From assembly GCA_900617105.1 (NCBI GenBank), contig UYFQ01000001.1, positions 4,092,001 through 4,156,000 on the forward strand: a DNA stretch of 64,000 nt, read 5' to 3'. The DNA is from Hydrurus foetidus. Taxonomy: Eukaryota. Position 1 is the stretch's first letter, and each line of letters begins with the position of its first letter. Positions 48,912 through 58,479 of the stretch are shown here, in pieces. Below the pieces are notes generated by a model, which did no database searches, had not been told where the DNA came from, and saw nothing but the letters and a program-made list of their open reading frames with translations. The position numbers and the translations under genes are program-made.

Positions 48912-48922
48912 ATTGCCAAGCC

Positions 48923-48951
48923 AAAAAAAAGCGCCGACAAGGCGCTTTTTT
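48923..48951. terminator. Bidirectional intrinsic terminator
   Basis: A-tract, GCGCC-GACAA-GGCGC, T-tract. Confidence 0.85.
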
Positions 48952-48964
48952 GTTTTAAGTACGT

Positions 48965-50311
48965 TTAGTTAACCGTATCGAAGGTTTGTTTTGCAGCGGC
49001 ATGGCAAAACGGTGCCTCATAAATGCCGTGGTAGTTGCCGTAATAGATGGCATAGGCCGCAGACATTTTATCAGTTGGCGCGACTTTGGGAGTTCCGAAT
49101 CCGTGGGTTTCCCGCACCGACGACTCAACATCCACCGACGTCACATTGGTCAAGCCACGGGCTGTAAAGTCAGCTTGGGCCACCACCTGGTGGATGGCTA
49201 GCGGCACGACAGGATCACCAGAACCACCGCAAAGTAGCGTTTTAGCTACCGGATTCCAACCCAGCAAATCATTCCTTTTACCCGCCAAAAACAGCGGGCT
49301 GTTTTCATTGGTTTGGCTGTCGGTGATGAAGGCCGACTGAAAAACTAGGTCTCGCGCTTCATTTGGTGAAACGGTTGGACCGCCCGGCAACTTGCCCTCG
49401 GTCACCAACGTAGTAAAGTTTAGCGTCGGGCTCGGCAGCAAGGACTCAATTCCCGTGGCGTATTTCGGTTTGAATACCTCAGGCACCGACGCGTAGATGT
49501 TGCCGTACACCTTTTGCCAAGCCGTCACCAAGTACGGCACAAAATATTGGTAACCGGCAATCGCTTCTGTCCGCTTAAACGAGCCCGACAAGTTGTACGG
49601 CCCGGCCAAGTGTGCGCCCGCCACCACGTTGATTTCGGCCGCGTTGTCTCTTTCAATCGCACGGTGCGCCGCCATGGAAGCGTGACCGCCTTGCGAATAC
49701 CCCGTCAGCATGACCTTGCCGGACAGTGACGCCCCGACGGGGGTTGCTGCATTGCGAGCGGCTCTGATAGAGTCAATTACGCTGCTGGCTTCCGAATCCG
49801 CATGTAAATACGGGTGATAAGCGTAAGTCGACTTGGCAAAGCCGAGATAGTCAGTTGCCACTACTGCGTAGCCCTGCGCGGCGTACACGGCTGCTAGCAA
49901 AAAGGTTTCGCTGTCTTGTGGATTGGCCAGCGTGCGCGGTTTTTGAAAGTCGGTACCTTTGGCGTAAGCAACTAGGCCGGCTGGGGCAGCACAGGCGCCG
50001 GTTCCACTTGGGACCAGCATGACAGCTGAGGCGTTGGCGGCTTCACCCTTGACGCCGATGGTGTTGTAGTTCAAAGCCACAAACTTGACGTCGCACTTTG
50101 CCACGCCGCTAATTGCCTGCAGCTCGCTGGCGGCAGTCGCTGCGTCGATTTGTACGGCCGTGAGTGTAGTGAGTGTTGTCGCCGGTTCAACAAGTGAACC
50201 TCGAGCTGGCGCAGGGGCTGGCGCAGGGAACGGGGAAGAGTCACCGCCGCCGCAGCCTGCCAATGCCAAAGCTGTGCCTAGTGTTAAGAGTGAAAGTTTC
50301 GATTTATTCAT
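48965..50311 (-). CDS. Secreted lipase/esterase-family lipoprotein
   Basis: LAGC lipobox, TDYLG, GYSQGG, DPVV, H near the C-terminus. Confidence 0.85.
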   Translation of the reverse strand: MNKSKLSLLTLGTALALAGCGGGDSSPFPAPAPAPARGSLVEPATTLTTLTAVQIDAATAASELQAISGVAKCDVKFVALNYNTIGVKGEAANASAVMLVPSGTGACAAPAGLVAYAKGTDFQKPRTLANPQDSETFLLAAVYAAQGYAVVATDYLGFAKSTYAYHPYLHADSEASSVIDSIRAARNAATPVGASLSGKVMLTGYSQGGHASMAAHRAIERDNAAEINVVAGAHLAGPYNLSGSFKRTEAIAGYQYFVPYLVTAWQKVYGNIYASVPEVFKPKYATGIESLLPSPTLNFTTLVTEGKLPGGPTVSPNEARDLVFQSAFITDSQTNENSPLFLAGKRNDLLGWNPVAKTLLCGGSGDPVVPLAIHQVVAQADFTARGLTNVTSVDVESSVRETHGFGTPKVAPTDKMSAAYAIYYGNYHGIYEAPFCHAAAKQTFDTVN

Positions 50312-50472
50312 GTTGTGCCTAAGAGGGTAAAAAATACTTAGTCGACCAAATGCTGGGTGATATTGACAACTGCTTGCACATGCCTCACGCCTCACGAAGG
50401 CTGATGCTACGCTTAGTCGAAGAGCAGCCACAACGGGTAAACACGAAGCGAACGGTGTAAAAAGCGGAAATA

Positions 50473-51366
50473 TCAGCTCAGGTGTCGCGCAGGCGGCAGC
50501 AGCTTAAGCACCAAGGGATGCAAAACTTTTTTATGCGCGCCAATGGCGAAAAAATGTTCTTCCACGCCGTCACATGCCCCTACGCGTTGAACGCCGTAGC
50601 GCGCTGTCAATTGCTCGTGCACCAGCTCGGTCGCCGGGAAAACGCCCATGCCAGCAGCGCCAAAGGTTTTAAGCAGCGCACTGTCTTCAAACTCACCGAC
50701 CACATTTGGCCGAATGCTCAGGCGTTCAAACCACTGATCTAACCGCAGCCGGATTGCGGCATGGCTGGTTGGCAGCAGCACAGGAACGCTAGCCAATGAC
50801 TGCGGGAACCGCTTGCGCGCCACACTGGCCAGCGCGGGTGGCGCGTACCAAGCAATTGGCGACGAACCCAATGAGTGGCTGTAAACCTTCAGGTTCGGGT
50901 TGTTGGGGGCAGGGCGGTCGGCCAGCACCACATCGAGGCGATGCAGTGCCAGGTCGCCGAGCAGATCTTCGAATTCGTCTTCGTGGCAAATCAAGCGCAA
51001 ATTTGGCGTCTGCATGACGGGCTGCATCAGTTGCCGCACGGCCAGCTTGGCTAAACCCTCAGAAATACCCACCGCCAACCTGACTGAGGGCGTGCCAACC
51101 GCGTCGCGAACAGCGCCTGGCAGTTTTTCACCCAATTGAAAAATCAGCTCTGCCTGGCGCATGGCAGCAGTGCCTGCGTCGGTCAGCGCCACGCCGCGCC
51201 CAGAGGGCTTTAACAAGGTGTAACCCAGCGATCGTTCCAGCTCCCGCACCTGCGTGCTGATGGTCTGCACCGCCATGCCTAACTTCTCGGCGGCCTTGGC
51301 CATACCGCCCTCTTTGGCGACAACCCAAAAATAATACAAATGCCGGTAGTTGAAGTCAGTGGTCAT
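50473..51366 (-). CDS. LysR-family regulator, NhaR-like
   Basis: NYRHLYYFWVVAKEG, GEFEDSALLKTFG. Confidence 0.9.
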   Translation of the reverse strand: MTTDFNYRHLYYFWVVAKEGGMAKAAEKLGMAVQTISTQVRELERSLGYTLLKPSGRGVALTDAGTAAMRQAELIFQLGEKLPGAVRDAVGTPSVRLAVGISEGLAKLAVRQLMQPVMQTPNLRLICHEDEFEDLLGDLALHRLDVVLADRPAPNNPNLKVYSHSLGSSPIAWYAPPALASVARKRFPQSLASVPVLLPTSHAAIRLRLDQWFERLSIRPNVVGEFEDSALLKTFGAAGMGVFPATELVHEQLTARYGVQRVGACDGVEEHFFAIGAHKKVLHPLVLKLLPPARHLS

Positions 51367-51486
51367 CGTGAGAATCCGCGTTTAAAGCCTATGGTTTTTT
51401 AGAAGTTATTGTTCTTAATTATCTGCTTTTTCAGAATTGAAATTCGCTTTATCGTACAGGCTTGTTTCACTTCAACCGGAGTTGTC

Positions 51487-51825
51487 ATGCAGGTCATTTT
51501 CAAATCGCGTAATGCTGATGCCGAACAGTTTCGTACCGCTGCCACGCGCCGGGTGCGACTGGCAATGCGCCGCCTAAGCTGGCTTGCACCGCGCGTGACA
51601 GTGCAACTTTCTGATGTGAATGGGCCGCGCGGCGGGGTCGACAAGCGCTGCCAGATTGAACTGACGACAAAAGCGGGATCGCCAGTGATCATCACTTCAA
51701 TCGCTCGCGATTGGCTGTCTGCTTTGCAAAGCGCACTGAGCAGGGCCACACGCTCGCTGCTGCATAACTACAAACGCAAGGTTGAACACCGCCCGTCGGC
51801 GCTACAACTCGCATTGGGTAGCTAA
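51487..51825 (+). CDS. HPF/RaiA-fold family protein
   Basis: VQLSDVNGPRGGVDKRC. Confidence 0.8.
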   Translation: MQVIFKSRNADAEQFRTAATRRVRLAMRRLSWLAPRVTVQLSDVNGPRGGVDKRCQIELTTKAGSPVIITSIARDWLSALQSALSRATRSLLHNYKRKVEHRPSALQLALGS

Positions 51826-51878
51826 GCGGCAAAGCCTCGACATACTCCTTCGGCGAAACACGAACTCAGGAACTAGAA

Positions 51879-52148
51879 ATGAAATGCCCCACTTGCCCCG
51901 ACTCTATTTTGATCATCACAGACAAAAAGGGTGTTGAAATTGATTTTTGTCAGAGTTGTAGGGGGGTGTGGCTTGACCGCGGCGAGTTGGACAAACTCAT
52001 TGCGCTTTCCAATGACAACAATGCGCCGCGCCAACAAGCCGCGCAAGACAGGCCAGACTTTGTCGACTCAGACAACCGGCGCATGCAAGGCGGACAAGCC
52101 TATCCACAGCGCCGCCGCAAATCTTGGCTTAACGATATTTTTGACTGA
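51879..52148 (+). CDS. zf-TFIIB zinc-ribbon protein
   Basis: CPTC...IDFCQSCRGVWLDRGELDKL, SWLNDIFD. Confidence 0.9.
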   Translation: MKCPTCPDSILIITDKKGVEIDFCQSCRGVWLDRGELDKLIALSNDNNAPRQQAAQDRPDFVDSDNRRMQGGQAYPQRRRKSWLNDIFD

Positions 52149-52284
52149 AGCCCACTGGCAAATCGCCGGCGCCTCAAGGGCGCGGGTTAATGAACGCTAA
52201 GGCTACCGCCAAGTGGCCAACTGCACTTAGGTCACTCTCTGTCTTGTTTGAATTTAATAAACCGCTGGTCGGAGGAGTTTTTTC

Positions 52285-53283
52285 GTGGATACCTTGTTTC
52301 AATTTTTGTATTCGCCTTTTTTAGGCAAGGCCGTGTGGATATGGCTGCTGTTTATCGGCATAGTGATCACGCTGTTGGCTTTTGACCTTGGCGTTTTGCA
52401 CAAAGACGACAAGGAAATTGAGGTCAAGGAAAGCCTGTTTTTGTCCGCTGGCTACATCAGCGTTGCGCTGCTTTTTGGCGGCTGGGTGTGGTGGTACTTG
52501 GGCGCAGTCAGTGGCATGGAGTACTTCACGGGCTTTTTGATTGAAAAGTCACTGTCGATGGACAACGTGTTCGTCATCGCGATGATTTTTTCATACCTTG
52601 CTATTCCCCGGCTGTACCAACATCGCGTTTTGTTCTGGGGCATTTTGGGCGTAATCGTGCTGCGCGCCATCATGATTGGGTTGGGTGCAACACTGGTTAC
52701 GCAGTTCAGCTGGATTTTGTATGTGTTCGGCGTGTTTTTGATCATCACCGGCGTCAAGATGTGGCTCATGGCTGACCATGAGCCTGACATTGCCAACAAC
52801 CCGATACTCAAATTTCTGCGTAAACGCATGCGGGTTACGCCGCACGTCGAAGGCAATGCATTTTTTGTCAGCAAGCCAGACCCTGTAAGCGGCAAAACGG
52901 TGCGCTGGGCAACCCCACTTTTTCTGGCGCTGGTGATGGTGGAAATTATCGACTTGGTGTTTGCGGTGGACTCCGTACCTGCCATTTTCGCGATCACCAA
53001 CGACCCATTCATCGTCTACACCAGCAACATTTTTGCAATTTTGGGTTTGCGCGCTTTGTACTTCGCCCTGGCTGCCATGGTGCATCGATTCAAGTATTTG
53101 AAGTACGCGCTGGCCCTGGTGCTAGTTTTCATTGGCACCAAGATATTTTTAGTTGGCATCATTGGCAAAATACCTCCGGTGTTCTCGCTCAGCGTCACCT
53201 TCGGCTTAATTGCGGGTGGCGTAGCAGTGTCGATGTGGAAAACACGCGGTCAGTCGCAACCCATGGCGACGCAGGGCAAGTAA
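52285..53283 (+). CDS. TerC family membrane protein (Alx-like)
   Basis: EKSLSMDNVFV, DLVFAVDSVPAI, SNIFAILGLRALYF. Confidence 0.93.
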   Translation: MDTLFQFLYSPFLGKAVWIWLLFIGIVITLLAFDLGVLHKDDKEIEVKESLFLSAGYISVALLFGGWVWWYLGAVSGMEYFTGFLIEKSLSMDNVFVIAMIFSYLAIPRLYQHRVLFWGILGVIVLRAIMIGLGATLVTQFSWILYVFGVFLIITGVKMWLMADHEPDIANNPILKFLRKRMRVTPHVEGNAFFVSKPDPVSGKTVRWATPLFLALVMVEIIDLVFAVDSVPAIFAITNDPFIVYTSNIFAILGLRALYFALAAMVHRFKYLKYALALVLVFIGTKIFLVGIIGKIPPVFSLSVTFGLIAGGVAVSMWKTRGQSQPMATQGK

Positions 53284-53297
53284 GGCTGGTCAAAACC

Positions 53298-53330
53298 AAA
53301 AAAAGGCGTGTTGCGAGCGCCCCTTTTTTG
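53298..53330. terminator. Probable bidirectional terminator
   Basis: A-tract, GGCG...CGCC, T-tract between convergent genes. Confidence 0.6.
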
Positions 53331-53340
53331 CAATGACCTG

Positions 53341-53700
53341 TTACGGTCTCGGCTGAGTCTGGCCGTTTGATTTGCGTTCGCCCTGATGCGCTTTGCGGTA
53401 AGCCTTGATTTCGTCATGCGACAACTGACCGTCTTTGTTGGTGTCAATGGCGTCAAAGTTTTTGGCAAGTCGCGGCCGGGTTTTTGCCTCGTCGCGCGAA
53501 ATCATTTGGTCTTTGTTGGTGTCCAGCTCTTTCATGCCTTTACCGTGCGGGCGAGCGCTTGGTGTCGGTGTGACAGGCGCTGATGGGGTCTGCGCCATTG
53601 CGGAAAAAGCAATGGAGGCAGCCAGCGCGAATGCACTGCTGGCCACGAGGGTTTTAAGTGAAGATGTCAAAGGGCGCTCCGTAGGTTGTTGTGGCGACAT
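53341..53700 (-). CDS. Exported EF-hand protein
   Basis: Signal peptide; DTNKDQMISRDE and DTNKDGQLSHDE loops. Confidence 0.88.
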   Translation of the reverse strand: MSPQQPTERPLTSSLKTLVASSAFALAASIAFSAMAQTPSAPVTPTPSARPHGKGMKELDTNKDQMISRDEAKTRPRLAKNFDAIDTNKDGQLSHDEIKAYRKAHQGERKSNGQTQPRP

Positions 53701-53718
53701 CTGTTTGTCGCCACTACC

Positions 53719-53778
53719 TTCAACGCGCGACAAGCCAAGCGGGTTGATTGCCGCGCTCGTGCTTTACGAATGATTTAC
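53719..53778 (-). promoter_or_regulatory. Composite promoter GTAAA-N6-GTAAA-N16-CAACCC-N15-CGTTGA
   Basis: Same architecture as 56706-56763. Confidence 0.7.
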
Positions 53779-53819
53779 TGATGGTGTTTGCGGCAGCCAG
53801 AGTAGTAAGGCTTGCTGCT

Positions 53820-55190
53820 TCAGCTTTTTCGCATCAAGCCGTCCAGCCGCGCGTCCCAATTGGCGTTGGGCAACAGACTGGCCAACGCCGAGTCTGTGGT
53901 GCCAAAGGTCGCGCGCATGACTTGGGCCAGCACCGCACGGTAGTCGTGGTGGGCCGGCAAATCGCGTGATTCGTTCAGGTTGCCGCGCGACATACCTGTC
54001 CATTGGCCGTGCCATTTGCCGCCGTTGACCCGACTGCCCACCAGCCACATAGCGTTGCCAAAACCGTGGTCGGTGCCGCGCGAACCGTTTTCTTGGGCAG
54101 TGCGGCCGAACTCGCTCATCACGATGACCACGTCGCCTGGCTCTGAAAAATCTTTTCGCAATTGCGTAATGGCTCGGCCCAGGTTGGCCAGATTGTTGGC
54201 CAATTGGCCCGTGGCGTTGCCCTGGTTGGCATGGGTGTCCCAGCCGCCTGCGGACAAAAACCCTAATTTCAAATTGCGGTCGTTGCGCATCAGTACGCCT
54301 AAATGCTGTGCGTCAAGTTGCAGTCCAACCGGGTCTGCTGCGCCGTTGCTGGCGGCAAGCATTTGGGCGTTTTGCGCCTGCGCTGTTTTGGGTGTGCCGT
54401 CTTTGTCCAGCGTGTGGTCTTGTGGTGGCCCGGCACGCTTGCCATCGAGCTCCATTTTTTCGGTGCTCAGCTCTTGAGCGCTTTGCATGCGGCTGCCCGA
54501 TCCTTGGCGAAAAGCTTCACTGACTTTGTCGTTGCCTGAATACAAGTCCATCAAGGCTTGCCGGGTTTTGTCGTTGGCCAGCACGCCGGTGCGCTCAGCG
54601 GCCTGCCCACGTGCAATGAGCTTGACCGGCGCATCGCCCGACAAGATGGCCGGGTTCGCCTCACCGACGCCGATGGCGTAGGTGTTTTTGTTATCGACAC
54701 CTATGCCTGCCACCTCGGTTTTACTGTTGCTACTCGCAGCCTTGTTCAACCATCCCGGCGCGGCGCTGGTCTTACCGCTTTGAGCGATTTCCATTTCGTA
54801 CTGCGCAGCAAAGTGCGAGCGATTCGGCGCTGGCAGGCCTGCGCTGGGAATAACGCTAAGCACGCCCTGCTGCCAAAGTGGGAGCAATGGCGCCAGCGCG
54901 GGGTGCAGAGCGAAGCTACTGTCGAGTTTGATAGCCGTGGCAGCAGTTCCGTCGGGCGCGGCAATGCTGATGTTCGGGCGCAGGGCGTAGTAGTCAGCAT
55001 CTGCATAGGGAACAAAGGCAGACAAGCCATCGTAGGCACCGCGCAGCATCACGACGATAAGCCTGCCGGTGTCGCTGCGTTTGGCGCCAGCCGGTGCTGC
55101 CTGCGCCCACACATTCGGCGCGCCAAGCGTTACCAAACCATAGCTTGACGCCAGCAGCATTTTTCGTCGCGAAAGGTCGATGAGGTGCAT
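53820..55190 (-). CDS. DUF1501 family protein with Tat-type signal
   Basis: SRRKML; LRGAYDGL, RSHF, GGWDTH, SEFGR, GTDHG; AGGAG before ATG 55190. Confidence 0.9.
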   Translation of the reverse strand: MHLIDLSRRKMLLASSYGLVTLGAPNVWAQAAPAGAKRSDTGRLIVVMLRGAYDGLSAFVPYADADYYALRPNISIAAPDGTAATAIKLDSSFALHPALAPLLPLWQQGVLSVIPSAGLPAPNRSHFAAQYEMEIAQSGKTSAAPGWLNKAASSNSKTEVAGIGVDNKNTYAIGVGEANPAILSGDAPVKLIARGQAAERTGVLANDKTRQALMDLYSGNDKVSEAFRQGSGSRMQSAQELSTEKMELDGKRAGPPQDHTLDKDGTPKTAQAQNAQMLAASNGAADPVGLQLDAQHLGVLMRNDRNLKLGFLSAGGWDTHANQGNATGQLANNLANLGRAITQLRKDFSEPGDVVIVMSEFGRTAQENGSRGTDHGFGNAMWLVGSRVNGGKWHGQWTGMSRGNLNESRDLPAHHDYRAVLAQVMRATFGTTDSALASLLPNANWDARLDGLMRKS

Positions 55191-55223
55191 ACGAGTCTCC
55201 TGTCGATGGTTTTTTTGCACTGC

Positions 55224-56657
55224 TTACTTGCTCATGAAGTCAGGGCTTGCCAACATGAGTCCGCTGCGCTGCTGTGACGGCTCGCGACTGATGCGATCAC
55301 GGCTGGCGCTTGAAAAAAACGGTTGCAAATAAACGGGTTCATTGATGCGATTGCCCAGCGCCACGGCGTAGTCTGCTCGGCGGGTCAGTGCTTCAGGGGC
55401 TAGCCAGGTAGCGGCGTCGGTTTTGTATCCGTCGGGCGTTTGCCAGCCGTGCATGGGTTGGCCCGCCTGGTTTAAAAAGCCGAGCGTGAGTTGAATCTCG
55501 CGCCGCTCTTTAACGCCGCCACCCGCAGTAAGGGCTGAGCAGGCAAAGTCCAAAGGGGTTTTAAAAAGCGTGTTGTCGGCGCGCCAAAATTGCGGCGAAT
55601 CAACCAAAGCTTGCATCACGGCTCGTATGTCGCCCTGGGTGCGGGTAAAGGTGGCAGCGAGTTGGTCGACCAATGCTTGCGGAGGCTGGTCTGACGCAAA
55701 GGTGGTGGCCAGGCGGGTGGCGATTCGCTTGGCAGTTGCGGGGTGGCGAGCCAGCATGCGAATCGCGTCTTCACCCTCACGCATGCCGCCAGCAGTAAAG
55801 CGGCGGTTCAGCAGCGTTTTATCTCCGTTGTCGTGTAGCCGCTCGGCAAAGCGAAAACCGCCGTCGTCTTGCGGGTTGATTGTCCAGCCCGTCAAAATGC
55901 GCGCCAACTCGCGCACATCGGCTTGGCTGTAGCCCGCGTTCACCCCCAGCGTGTGGAGCTCCATCAGCTCGCGCGCATAGTTTTCGTTAATGCCGCGCAC
56001 ATTGCTTTGTGCCTGGTCGAGGTAGCGCAGCATGGCCGGGTGTTTCGCGCTGGCCAGCAGCAGGTCTTCAAACTTGCCGAGCGCATTGGCTCGGATAACG
56101 TTGACGGCGTAGTGCCCGACAAAGGGGCGCACCGAACCCTTTCCCGAGAACACATTGAGGTGGTTAAACCAGAACTCGGTCATGCGCGCCAGCAGGGGGT
56201 TTTCAAGGTTGGGGTCACTGCACGACATCAGGCGCCAAGCGGCAGCGGTTTGCTGCATGTCGCGGCTAAAGCCGGTGGCGTCTTGGGCTGTGGTGGCCAT
56301 GTTCAGTGGATCATTGGTCGCGGCTTTAATCGCCTTGCGCGCCTCTAGCTCGCCGCGGTAGCCAGCGCTAATGGCGCCCAATGGTTGGTTAAACGCCTGA
56401 AGGTCTGCGGGGATAGTGGGCGGGCGCTGGCTGGCGGCATAAGCCTCGTCAACTTGCCGGGCAGCCCATGCTTTTGGGTTGGGTAACGCTGCTTTGGCGG
56501 TAGTGTCGGTGGGGGCGTAGCCCAGGCGGGAGGTGGCTCGCCACACTGCAGCGTAGGGCTCGAGTTGCGCCGCAGCAGGTGCTGCTGCCAGGCAGGCAGC
56601 CAGACCAATAGCGTAAATGCGGGCTGCGCTGGTAGCTGTGGTGATTAGACGGGTCAT
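55224..56657 (-). CDS. DUF1800 family protein
   Basis: FWFNHLNV, AMLRYLD, NENYARELMELHTLG, ARILTGW. Confidence 0.92.
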   Translation of the reverse strand: MTRLITTATSAARIYAIGLAACLAAAPAAAQLEPYAAVWRATSRLGYAPTDTTAKAALPNPKAWAARQVDEAYAASQRPPTIPADLQAFNQPLGAISAGYRGELEARKAIKAATNDPLNMATTAQDATGFSRDMQQTAAAWRLMSCSDPNLENPLLARMTEFWFNHLNVFSGKGSVRPFVGHYAVNVIRANALGKFEDLLLASAKHPAMLRYLDQAQSNVRGINENYARELMELHTLGVNAGYSQADVRELARILTGWTINPQDDGGFRFAERLHDNGDKTLLNRRFTAGGMREGEDAIRMLARHPATAKRIATRLATTFASDQPPQALVDQLAATFTRTQGDIRAVMQALVDSPQFWRADNTLFKTPLDFACSALTAGGGVKERREIQLTLGFLNQAGQPMHGWQTPDGYKTDAATWLAPEALTRRADYAVALGNRINEPVYLQPFFSSASRDRISREPSQQRSGLMLASPDFMSK

Positions 56658-56705
56658 GTCGCTCCTCGGTCAATCGGCACATCGTTGCCTTCGTGTTCAA
56701 GCTTT

Positions 56706-56763
56706 TTAACGTGCCGCCCGCGTGTTGGGTTGGCCGCTGCATCGTTCCTTTACACAGCTTTAC
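56706..56763 (-). promoter_or_regulatory. Composite promoter GTAAA-N5-GTAAA-N16-CAACCC-N15-CGTTAA
   Basis: Same architecture as 53719-53778. Confidence 0.7.
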
Positions 56764-58090
56764 TGCTGGTGGTGGCCCCGCTCAGTTGCCCTCGAACAAA
56801 GTCCACGTGTTGGCGCAGGGTGTACACGCGGTCTGCAAAATCGATTGAGAACTTGCCAGTGCTAATTTCCAGATCAATCTGGTCGAGCCGCCCCAGCACG
56901 GCCGCGGTATCGACAGCGCTGAGTGGACGGCTGCGCAAAGTGGACTCAATAGATAGCAAATCTCGGTAGCGCCGGTACAGGCGATTGCTTTGGCGGAAAC
57001 TAAGCAGCTGCGGAATGATCTTGACCACCGGAATCGCAATGGCCAGCAGCGGAACCAGCACCAGCAGCAAGCGCTGCAGCGCATTTGCTGCCCAGTACGG
57101 CAAGTAGCGCTGCAAAAATGGCCTGCCGTCTTTGAAGTAACGCTGCGCTTCTTCGGCCAGCGGAAAATCCGTGCCGCGCGGATTCGGAAATTCGCCGGGG
57201 CGATTCAGCAGCGTGGCTGACTTGTGAACTTCTTTGGCGGCTTCTAGCAGCAAGTAGGCCAGCGCAGGGTGCAAATCGTCGCGTACCACCAGGTTAGCGG
57301 TGGTTGTCAGCAAGGTGATGTCTCTTACGGGCAAGTCTAGTTTCGGGTTCACTGACCCCGCTTTAAGCGTGACCAGCGACAAATACGGCAGGCGGCGTGT
57401 CAGTCCTTCTGCGTTGTCGATAGACACCAACTGCACATCGGCGCGCTGAAGCAGCAACTGCACCGCGGGCGACTGCGGCGCGCCAATCAACATTACCGCA
57501 TCAATGGTTTTGGCCACCAGCTCGTTCGCGGTGTTTACGCCCCCACTGGTGCCAAGTGTGGTGTTGCTGGGGCTAACGCCGTAGCTTTCCAGCAACTCTA
57601 TCGCGACTTTTCGCGTGCCACTGCCGTCTGCGCCCGCCGCCACTTTTTTGCCGCGCAGGCCGCCCAAGCCTTTGCGCAAAGCCAGCGCCAAGTCGTTTGA
57701 CGTGGTAAATATCCACACCGGCTCATAGCCGACCACGCCCAGCGATTGCAGCGTCGGCGTATCGGCTGAGCTGGTGGGGTCAGTGGTGAGCGTGCCCAAG
57801 CCGCTTTGCACAAAGCCAATCGGTGTGCCACTGTTCAAGCGAGCCAGGTTTTCAACTGAACCGCTAGAAGGCAGCAAACGCAGTTCAACGCCGTTAGCCT
57901 TGAGATAGCTTTGGTATTTGAGCGCAAACTGGTGTGACGCGCCATCGATGGCGCCCGTGGTCATGTCAACCTTGCTGGGTGGTGATGGGCTGATATTGCG
58001 AGCCAGTAGCCACAAACCAACGCCTAGTGCGCCAACCAGGCAAGCTGCTGCAATCAGCGTTTGTATGCGAGAAGAAGAAATGAAGGTCAT
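56750..58090 (-). CDS. TAXI-family TRAP solute-binding protein with C-terminal TM extension
   Basis: SSGSVENL, FVQSG, YEPVWIF, GSGTR, DLHPAL, RYLPYW. Confidence 0.85.
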   Translation of the reverse strand: MTFISSSRIQTLIAAACLVGALGVGLWLLARNISPSPPSKVDMTTGAIDGASHQFALKYQSYLKANGVELRLLPSSGSVENLARLNSGTPIGFVQSGLGTLTTDPTSSADTPTLQSLGVVGYEPVWIFTTSNDLALALRKGLGGLRGKKVAAGADGSGTRKVAIELLESYGVSPSNTTLGTSGGVNTANELVAKTIDAVMLIGAPQSPAVQLLLQRADVQLVSIDNAEGLTRRLPYLSLVTLKAGSVNPKLDLPVRDITLLTTTANLVVRDDLHPALAYLLLEAAKEVHKSATLLNRPGEFPNPRGTDFPLAEEAQRYFKDGRPFLQRYLPYWAANALQRLLLVLVPLLAIAIPVVKIIPQLLSFRQSNRLYRRYRDLLSIESTLRSRPLSAVDTAAVLGRLDQIDLEISTGKFSIDFADRVYTLRQHVDFVRGQLSGATTSSKAV

Positions 58091-58200
58091 AGAAGGCAAG
58101 TCTAACCAGCGCGGGTCAAGCGCAGCCCGGTGAGAGAGCAGGCGTCGGTCGGTTATATTGCCTATCACTTTATCGTTTTTGCAATTCAAGGAGCACGGAC

Positions 58201-58455
58201 ATGATGGCAATTTTGGGAACCATTTTTATCGGTTTGATCGTCGGTTTTATTGCGCGGGCGATCAAGCCCGGCGACGACAAACTCGGCTGGATCATGACGG
58301 CCATTTTGGGCGTGGCCGGGTCGTTTTTGGCCAGCTATGCAGGCAAGGCGCTTGGCCTGTACACACAGGGGCAGGTGGCGGGCTTTGTTGCATCTGTGGT
58401 CGGGGCTGTTGTTCTGTTGTTTGTTTACGCGCTGGTAAAAAGCAAAGCCAAGTAA
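58201..58455 (+). CDS. GlsB/YeaQ/YmgE family stress membrane protein
   Basis: IGLIVGFIARAIKPG, LGVAGS, SVVGAVVLL. Confidence 0.92.
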   Translation: MMAILGTIFIGLIVGFIARAIKPGDDKLGWIMTAILGVAGSFLASYAGKALGLYTQGQVAGFVASVVGAVVLLFVYALVKSKAK

Positions 58456-58479
58456 TTTTTTCTATCTTTGAAAGCTTCC

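Noticed and set aside
56605..56650. Degenerate family A copy in the DUF1800 signal region (TATSAARIYAIG)
   Set aside because: Peptide resemblance is suggestive but the nucleotide match is too weak to call without an HMM.
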